Positions 55,347 to 64,000 of a DNA stretch of 64,000 bases are shown in pieces (the first letter of the stretch is position 1; each line of letters starts with the position of its first letter). The notes under the pieces are model-generated. The model was not told the origin of the DNA, searched no databases, and saw nothing but the letters and a program-made list of their open reading frames with translations. Made by a program: the position numbers and the translations under genes. This DNA comes from Octopus sinensis (lineage: Eukaryota), in contig NC_043008.1 in assembly GCF_006345805.1 (NCBI RefSeq), positions 20,584,001 through 20,648,000 on the forward strand, read 5' to 3'.

Positions 55347-56156
55347 ATATATATATATATAGCATGAGTATATAAAATATAATAATGTTAAATCTGAAAT
55401 ATTTGCCGCGAGAGTTATCACTTCACACACACACATATATATATGGAGCGATAACATTATTATATTTTTTATATTCAAGTATTCAGTTAATTATCCCTTT
55501 TCATATTTGATTTCCTCTATGTTATGAACATATTTATATTTCTTATAATCTATTCTTGCCTTTTCGCCCTTTTTTTCAAATTTCATCTCATTCCGCGACC
55601 ATCTGAATGTCGTATTTTACGTGAAATTCTTTAATATATATAAAACGGATTAAAATAGTTCCTCCTCCCCCCGTATCGCAATAGCAAGTTCTACCGTAAA
55701 TCTGGAAACGCATCAAGAATCTATATTTTCTTTCGTTTAGCTGTTTATTTATTCAATTTTGTATCTATTTTGGCGCTGATATACTTTTATTTAATTTTCA
55801 GTTTAAGTTTATTTTCTGTGAGTAGAGCAATTTTTTTTTAAAGCTGCCTGTTGTTATTCCCATAACATTTTAGCGATTTGTATTTTTATAAAATTGATCC
55901 ACATACATACACAACAAATTTCAAACTACATGTAGTGAACTACCCATTCATTTTTCCCATCATTACAAACTATATATCTCATTTCTTGCTTAATTTTTCT
56001 ATCCTTTATATATTTGTTAGATTTTATCTCGTTTCATATTTGAACCTAAAATATTTGCCTCGTTCTTTTCACATTCTTAACTTTCTCTTTCCCCGTTATT
56101 ACTCTCGTGCGCCAACAACACATTTGCATATTAATAATTATTTCTTCATTAGTCTG

Positions 56157-56495
56157 GTGAGCTGGCAGAATCGTTAGCATGCCGAGCAAATTACGTAGCA
56201 CCATTTATTCCGTTCTTTACATTCTGAGTTCTAATTCCGCCAAAGTCGACCTTCTCTTTCATCTGTCTGGGATCCATAAAATAAGTACCAGTTGAGTACT
56301 GGAGTCGATTTTATCCACTCCAAAGTTTCTGCCCTTGTATGAAATTTTGAAACTAGTTCAAGTTCTGCCGAGGTCAACTTTACCTTTCATCTTTTGGAAT
56401 TCGACAAAATGACTGCCAGTTGAAAATTGGGATCGATGTAATCAATTTGCCTCCCAACCAAAGTTTCTGACCTTGTGCTAAAATTTGAAATCAAT
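56157..56495 (+). mobile_element. Diverged dimeric Meta/MESC-like SINE
   Basis: gagctggcagaatcgttagca...; the core is repeated at about 56360. Confidence 0.7.
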
Positions 56496-56802
56496 ATCTC
56501 TTTCTTCTTCTACCGTTCTCCACTTTATATCTTCCTCGTGATATATATGTTATATTTAGCATTACTGGAATTTTACATACCGAACACATATTAGTTATTT
56601 ATCACTAATTCTTATTAATAATATATAACTAATTAACAACTTAAACGACAGTTAGATTTCTTTAAGTATTAATTACTGGCTAATTAATCGTTTTAAATAC
56701 ATGAAGTATCTATACCTATGCCAATACGTAGTTGGTAAATTCTAATGAATTATGAAGGTATATATACATATATGTCTGTGTCTGTGTGTGTTGTGTGTTG
56801 TG

Positions 56803-56842
<40 letters not shown>

Positions 56843-57104
56843 TGTGTGTGTCAGCTCAGCTAAAAATTACTTATTTGCTCATATGTTTATGAAAAATATA
56901 ACATTTCGTCGTGTTGTTCTCAGGATTTTTCTCTACTTTTCTTGCGAATGTTCCAGCTGTTCTCAGATCTAATCGATGAACTGAAATATGCATACTGTTT
57001 CTCATCACTGCTCAGAATGCATAGAATAAAGTTATTTGTTTTCTGTAATACGAGATTCATGCAAAGATCCCAAGGTGGAATTTATATATATATATATATG
57101 TATG

Positions 57105-57139
<35 letters not shown>

Positions 57140-57140
<1 letters not shown>

Positions 57141-57349
57141 GTTAATCCAGACAGGAACGAAGAGAGAAAACACAACAACGTGAGGACGTGGAACAAGTAT
57201 AGTGTTATTGGACACTCAGGAAAGGAAAGAAAGAAGGAGGATTTAACGTTTCGAGCGGCGCTCTTCGTCAGAAACATAGAAAAAGGAAAGGTCCAAGGAA
57301 GGAAAAACGGAGAAAGAAAATAGCCAACGGTAGACACGCAGTCACATAT

Positions 57350-57350
<1 letters not shown>
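57140..57350 (-). mobile_element. Short non-coding hammerhead-bearing insert (Penelope pLTR/retrozyme-like)
   Basis: Flanked by microsatellites; homologous to 63865-64000 in opposite orientation. Confidence 0.78.
57242..57274 (-). ncRNA. Minimal hammerhead ribozyme motif, intact core
   Basis: ttt-CTGACGA-a-gagc gcc gctc-GAAA-cg-TT-aaa. Confidence 0.8.
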
Positions 57351-57408
<58 letters not shown>

Positions 57409-57701
57409 CAGTTCCTAGTTTTAGAAGCAAAAAATTTTCTATTTATATATCGAGTCGTATACATAGGCACGAAACGCGCGTTGTCGTTTTAATGTGTGTT
57501 TTATATTGTATATTATTTAGTATAGAAATCCTTAGCACAATAGTAATAATAAAGTCGTTTTCGCGTGTATTTTTTGTGTATATTATTTAGTATGGAAATG
57601 TTTAGAAAAATGTTAATTATAATATATTTAAATATATATAATATCTTTCAGTATTAATGGAATTACTTTATGGAGGTTCTATCTCTTAATTATATATATA
57701 T

Positions 57702-57740
<39 letters not shown>

Positions 57741-57747
57741 GAGACTG

Positions 57748-58863
57748 ACAGAGACATTACAGAAGTAAACAGACACCTCATAAAACATCGTTCTATGTAT
57801 ATTCTAACTTTTAAAGGTTTGCATTTTCTATTAACTGATATTTTTTTATGTTTCATTCAGATTCTATATGTGACTGTTTAATCATGCCGTGTACAAAAAT
57901 GCTTGGAATCCCGCTTTTTACAGTTCGTAGAGTTATTGTGCAATTCACCAGAGAGAAGAAGGAGTCCATATCACGTCACCCAGATCAACCAGAGCCCTCA
58001 CACTGGACCTTTCTCTTTGCTAAGAGAAGTGTGGAGGATAATCCTCGATGGAAGGCTTCTGAAGTAACAGAATAAGTTGTTGTTAATCCCAGAACAGCTG
58101 TCAGGTATCTCCACAAAGTTGGTTACTATGACAAAGCAGCAGGAAAAAAGCCACTTCTTCGACCAGCCAACATCAAGCAGATAAAAGACTGGGCCACTAA
58201 GATGGTGGAGGGGCCACTAGCATTTTGAGACACTGTCATATTCTCCGATGAGTCCAAATTTACGGTATTTCCTTTCAGTGGTCGAGTGTGGGTCTGACGT
58301 CTCTGTGATCATGTATTCGATGGGAAAATATTGCAGCCAACAATGAAATACAGCTGTGATGAACTGGGGGAGCAATTTGGAGCGATGGTTGAACAGAGCT
58401 GGTCGAGTGTGATGGAATCATAAACTCAGATAAATATGTGCCCATATTGCAGAAAGGGCTTTTTTTATATTTATGGTACATGGTCTTCCTAGTCACACGG
58501 CAAAGTGACCCAAGATTTGTTGGGTGAGAATGGCATTAAAAAACTTCCATAGCCAAGTCGGTCACCATATATGAAACCTATTGAACAATTCTAAGACAGA
58601 ATGGACAGGACACTTCATAAAAAGAACAAGAAAGCACCTTCAAAGGCAGATCTTTTGAGACAACTGTGTGAAACCTGACAAGAAATTTCACAAGAGAATA
58701 TTCGTCATCTGTTCAGTAATGCACTGAAAAATGCAAAGGGCATACCTACTAAATATAAAATATTCACATTATAACAATTAATAAATAATTTAAACGTAAA
58801 ATTTCAGATTTAAGTAAATAGTAATGATTATAAGGGTGTCGATTTACTTCAGTCATGTCTGTG
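57748..58863 (+). mobile_element. Decayed Tc1/mariner DNA transposon (transposase pseudogene)
   Basis: KKPLLRPANIK..., VIFSDESKF (58235-58261), P*PSRSPYMKPIEQF (WPxxSPDLNPIE motif); imperfect TIRs cagagacattacagaagtaaacagacacc / ggtgtcgatttacttcagtcatgtctgtg followed by TA; multiple stops. Confidence 0.92.
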
Positions 58864-58874
58864 TATATGCATAT

Positions 58875-59155
58875 GAGGCTGTGGCCATGAAGGGACATGC
58901 CTTAAAAGGTTTTTGTGGAACAAATCGATCCCAAGCCTTTTTAAATTTAAGCCTAATACTTATTGTTTTGCCGACAACACCGGTTGTCAAGGGGAGGGGG
59001 TGACAAACACAGACGCAAACATAAACACATGGATACAACGGGTCCTCTTCGGTTTCCATCGACTAAATCCACACACAAGGTTTTGGTAGGCACGGAGCTA
59101 TAGTAGGAGTCTTTCCCAAGTTACCACGCAGTGGGACTGAACCCGGAACCTGCGT
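58875..59155 (-). mobile_element. Diverged CORE-like SINE
   Basis: cacgcagtgggactgaacccggaacc head motif and partial tail. Confidence 0.7.
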
Positions 59156-59223
59156 CTGTAGATACACACACACACATACTCACACACACACACACCACAC
59201 ACATACACACATATATATATATG

Positions 59224-59288
<65 letters not shown>

Positions 59289-60981
59289 GCACATATGGGT
59301 ACAGGACGTCACCAAGAGTAAACAACATGAAATATGAAAACAAATGAGTCCAATACGCAAACAACGAGACAAACAAATTGGAAACAGGACAAGTAACACA
59401 AAGAACAACCCTGCATCAGTTATCGGCTGTTTATCTCCTCTTCATTTCAAGCCTTGAACGACAATTTGAGTCTTCGAAGAGAGTTGCTCCCATAAGTACC
59501 AATGGAAAATTTGGGATTTATGGACGGTCAAGCCTGAGAACAAAAACAGGACAGTTGAGGCATACAAGGAAACCGAACAAAAACAAGCATGGAAAGTCGT
59601 TAGGCCAGAACGAGGGTAAAATAACGAACGCTCGAGAAATATTTTTTTTCACAAGAGAAAAAAAGATAGAAGAGAGATAGCATACGTCCACTCCTTAGGA
59701 CATTCCTGAAAAAAAGAAGGATGGACGATGGTCCTGCATATATATATATATATTATTTATATTATCATTTGATTGAACGCCGCTCATCCATTTCCAAGTA
59801 CATATATGATGTATGTATATATATATATATATATATATACATTGTATACATAAACATGTGTGTCTGTGCGTTCGTGTGTTTGTCTATGTGAGTGTCTCTG
59901 TGCATCTGTGTGTTTGTATGTGTGCCTGTGTCATTGTGTTTGAGTTTACCTCCACCCCCACCCCCCACTTGACAACCGGTGTTGGTTTATGATCGGCGAT
60001 AAAGCTCAATAGATTCGGTATCAAACTTTTAAAAAGTATATGATAAATAGTACATATAAATACATAGACATAAAAATATATTACAGGAAATTAAAATTTC
60101 CGATCAACGCGGAAAACTATAGAATATCGAAATTGGCACTATCTGCAAACTAAGTATTTATTTTTATATATATCGTATATCATTAAAGACATGACAGTAC
60201 ATTTTGATGCTACGCAAGTTGTAGAAATTTGTGTATTTCACACCATCTTTTTGTGTTTGGCATACATACCCAATTATATGATGATCGTGTTAAAAACAGG
60301 CTGCAACTTGTTTCCTTAGAGAATATTTTCATCATTTAATAATCTCTATAAAAGAAACCGATATTAATTTCATTTTATAGCTCTTCACATTTCTATTTTT
60401 TATTCACTAAAAATGATAAATAAGCGAATTTTGGAATAAATATTCTGTGAAAAAAATCTGAAGAAAGTATATAAAATTTGTTAACTGAGAAATTGTTTAT
60501 ACCACACATTTATGTAATTAGAGCCAGTTATTAAATGTTTAAATGGTCGAAAGAAGTGAAGCATACTCGATTTAATAACTGTTATATGCCTCGAACCAGT
60601 ATGTTTATGGTTTTGGTTTTTATACCATGCTGCGAAGTTGATGAGGAACCGAGTATGAGAACTAGTGACACAATCAATTGCAGGTTATAGCTATCACGCG
60701 AGTCATATATTCGACATTACAAGTAATAATTCGGGACTTGAATAGATAAAAATTCACACATGTCTATATCCATACAAAAGCACACATACACATACAAATA
60801 CATACATGCCTAGATATAATTCACACCCACCCATTTATATATGTGTGTGTGTGAGTGTGTCGGTGTATGTACATATAAAAACTTGCATACAGAGAAGCTA
60901 CACACAAATGCACGCATATACTCACACATATACACACACATGCACGCATATACTCACACATATACACACACATGTATATAT

Positions 60982-61272
60982 GTTGTTCCTTCTCGACCCA
61001 TGCCTGGCTCATAAGGGCCGGATTTCCCGGTTTCATTGGCGTATAGGTTCCCCACCTGGACGGGACGCCGGTCCATCGCAGGTTAGCTGCAAGATGCAGG
61101 AGGAAAGAGTGAGAGAAAGTTGTGGCGAAAGAGTCAGCAGAAGTTCGCCATTACCTTCTGCCGGAGCCGCGTGGAGCTTAGGTGTTTCGCTCATAAACAC
61201 ACACACCGCTCGGTCTGAAATTCGAACCTGCGATCCCTCAACCGCCTGTCTAACCACTAGGCCATGTGCCTC
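60982..61272 (-). mobile_element. Modular tRNA-derived SINE, tail type E, with TSD
   Basis: Variant head, shared body, tail with aacctgcgatggaccggcgtcccgtccagg; 15-bp TSD cacacatgtatatat (60967-60981 and 61273-61287). Confidence 0.88.
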
Positions 61273-61414
61273 CACACATGTATATATACATTATATCGAC
61301 ACAGCTTGGTGTGACCTCAAAAAACTGATATTTGTCAGTTGACATCATTTTACCGTAGACGGCGCAACAAACTATGACCTTTTATATGCATGTTCAAAAC
61401 GTTTTCCGTTAGTC

Positions 61415-62030
61415 ACAAGCAGTGAAAGACTTGGGCACAGTATGTGCAATGATGCATCATCCATGTCATATGCACATTACGACGATTGCAGCAAAAAGAA
61501 GACAACTGCCTAGATGGATACTAAGATCCTTCAAGGCATGAGACCAACAAACTATGTTGACCCTGTTCTCAGCCACCTGGTCTACTTTTCCTAGTTAAGG
61601 TCACCACATGGTGCCAACGTGACAGCGGAGCATGAAGCAGTCCAACAGTACTACACTGAAAAGACTGAAACAGTTCAGCGAATGAGCTACAGGGAGGGGC
61701 TGAAAAAAACGAAACTTTACTCCCTGGTGGGAAGGCGCGACAGATTTGTAATAATCTACATATGGATAACTTTAGAAGGGAGAGTAATTAATTTTGGCAT
61801 TGAGTGTAATACTAATACCAGAACTGGACACCATTTTATCGTACCAAAGGTATCAAATGTAATACAATAGAGTTCAAAATACACTGCCACAAAAATTAAG
61901 AAATCTGCATAAGGTGGAAGAAGATATATTCAAAGACAAAGTAGACATCGTCCTCTCCACAATACCTAATGAACCATGGCATCGGAATTGAACTCGCTTA
62001 TACACCAAATGGGCCAACAGCTGGGACAAA
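61415..62030 (+). mobile_element. CR1/L2-type LINE 3' fragment
   Basis: VKDLG motif, then EAVQQYYTEK...MSYREGLKKTKLYSLVGRRDRFVIIYIWITLEG, matching the typical LE.VQR...Y.ERL..L.LYSLE.RR C-terminal motif; stops and frameshifts. Confidence 0.82.
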
Positions 62031-62674
62031 AGTACATAAAGGAGTGGTGATGTGAAGCAGCCCAGACTGAGGAAATCAGTAAAAAAGGAGTTATCTTTTC
62101 AAAGACAAGCTGAAAGAATGTAATTCGATGATTGTTATCAACACCCTTAATGCCAATAGTTTGTGAAAAAAATCTATTTTGAAAAAGTGGATATCAGCAG
62201 GAAATTGGTGTAGTTCTAAGCGAAAACAAAAGTTGTATTTGAAACATATAAAAAAAATAAAACTCCTGAAAATGTTTGAAGGTAAAAAAAAATATGCAAA
62301 AAATATTAAGGCATTAAAAAAGAAAGCTGTAAATCGAACTAAATTCAAAAGCAGAAAATAAATATTAAAAAAATGTTGTTGGTCACATTAATTTCTAAAA
62401 ACACTCGTGTTAATAATTATCCGAATTGAATAATAATAAATGGCGAAAATTTGTATAACAAGGTGATAGCTTAGGAATTCAATAGATTTTGTACCCAGTG
62501 TTGGTCCAAATCTCGCGTCAATAAAAACTTCCTTGAGTTTTTAAAGCAGACCTACGATGTATTCAAAATCAATCCCGTTACGGATGAGGAATAGAAGATC
62601 GCAGTTACTCGTCTGACGACGAAGAAAGCGCCTCTATGTGATTCTTTGAATTTAAAGATTGTACATACATACAC

Positions 62675-62744
<70 letters not shown>

Positions 62745-63492
62745 ATATATATAATCATTATCTTTTATTAATCTTTTAATACTTTTGATATATATTTAAA
62801 ATAATATAAGTTAATTAATTTTATGTATTGGCTTAAGTTTTCCATTGTTTGATTTGCCTAATAGTGGTTTTATCTCTAATTTAATATAATATATATATAT
62901 ATATTATATATATATATATATAACTATATATATATATATATATTTATACGGCGGGCTTCTTTTTCAGTTTCTGTCTACCAAATCCGAGGCTAAAATAAAC
63001 GTCACTTGTCCAAGGTGACACGCGGTGGGACTGATCCCGGAACTAAGAGGTTGGGAGGCAATCTTTTCACCAAAGAATATCATATAAATGTGGCGCTCTT
63101 TGTAGTCACTTTTGCCATTCGTGAATCCTCTGAGAATAGATGAGGCCAGAATCAATACCACAACAGGGTTTAATTAATCTGTAATGTAGGTACACGAGCG
63201 ACAATATAGCTTGTGGCCTAGTGAGAACAATAATCAATAGAAATCAATTTCCATTTATCATTGCTTTGTAAGTGGCTTCTCTCAATTCAGATTCCGAACC
63301 AAATGAGGAAGTAGATAATATAATGTATTCAACCACGTGACATAGAGTCGAGAGTTGAAGTGTTTAATACACCATTGTCAATACCTGGCACGATTTATGA
63401 AATACCTTCTCAGCAAATGTTACTTCTGAAGGTAGCATTACTTGCAAGGAACTAGTTTGTTTTACTGCCTACCAGCCTAAGTATATATATAT

Positions 63493-63556
<64 letters not shown>

Positions 63557-63864
63557 GTGTGTGTGTGTGTGTGTGTGTGCGTGTGCATGTGTACGTATAT
63601 ATATATACATATGTCGACGTAAGCTTAAATAATAAACCGCAATAGGTAAAACCACGATATGGTGAGGGATTATTGTATGTACGTCTTATTTTTCATCTTT
63701 TTCTTATTTATTTCTGTCCTCGGAAAACAGCTACGCTGGAATGTGGCGGTGTAGGGTTCACTCGAGCAAATTGCCTCCAGTATTTGTTTTTAATGCTACT
63801 ATGTATTGTGTCTGTAACTGCAAAGTTACGGAGAGGTAAATAAACGAACACCAGCTGTCAAGTT

Positions 63865-64000
63865 TCTCCTATGTTTCCGACGAAGAGCTCCGCTCGAAAC
63901 GTTAGATTCTCCTTCTTTCCTTCTTTCCTGAGCGTCCAATAATACTATATTTGTTCCACGTCCTCACGTTGTTGTGTTTTTTTTTGTGCTTTCATGTTTG
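63865..64000 (+). mobile_element. Hammerhead-bearing insert (motif 63874-63906), running off the window end
   Basis: ttt-CCGACGA-a-gagc tcc gctc-GAAA-cg-TT-aga; downstream sequence matches the reverse complement of 57150-57285. Confidence 0.78.

Overview
Eukaryotic, very AT-rich, microsatellite-saturated genomic DNA. The repeat complement (tRNA-derived SINEs, (TA)n/(TACA)n/(AAT)n arrays) points to a cephalopod, most likely Octopus; this is inference, not a database match. The only convincing host gene is a single-coding-exon class A (rhodopsin-like) GPCR at 17786-19204 (+). Nearly all other listed ORFs are microsatellite or SINE artefacts. The rest is mobile DNA: two Penelope-like retroelement relics with opposite domain order, RTE and CR1/L2-type LINE fragments, a decayed Tc1/mariner element, MITE-like fold-backs and at least four tRNA-SINE families. 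The most interesting signals are non-coding: (1) six minimal hammerhead-ribozyme motifs, one inside an apparent tRNA-Ile-headed Pol III unit (tRNA head + (AAT)n + hammerhead + hairpin + T5 terminator, 50161-50700); (2) one SINE head/body module joined to five unrelated 3' tails, several with target-site duplications; (3) SINE multimers with a repeated internal architecture; (4) several fold-back structures beside (TA)n arrays. There is a 100-N assembly gap at 19600-19699. All coordinates were read by eye; repeat boundaries may be off by some tens of bases.
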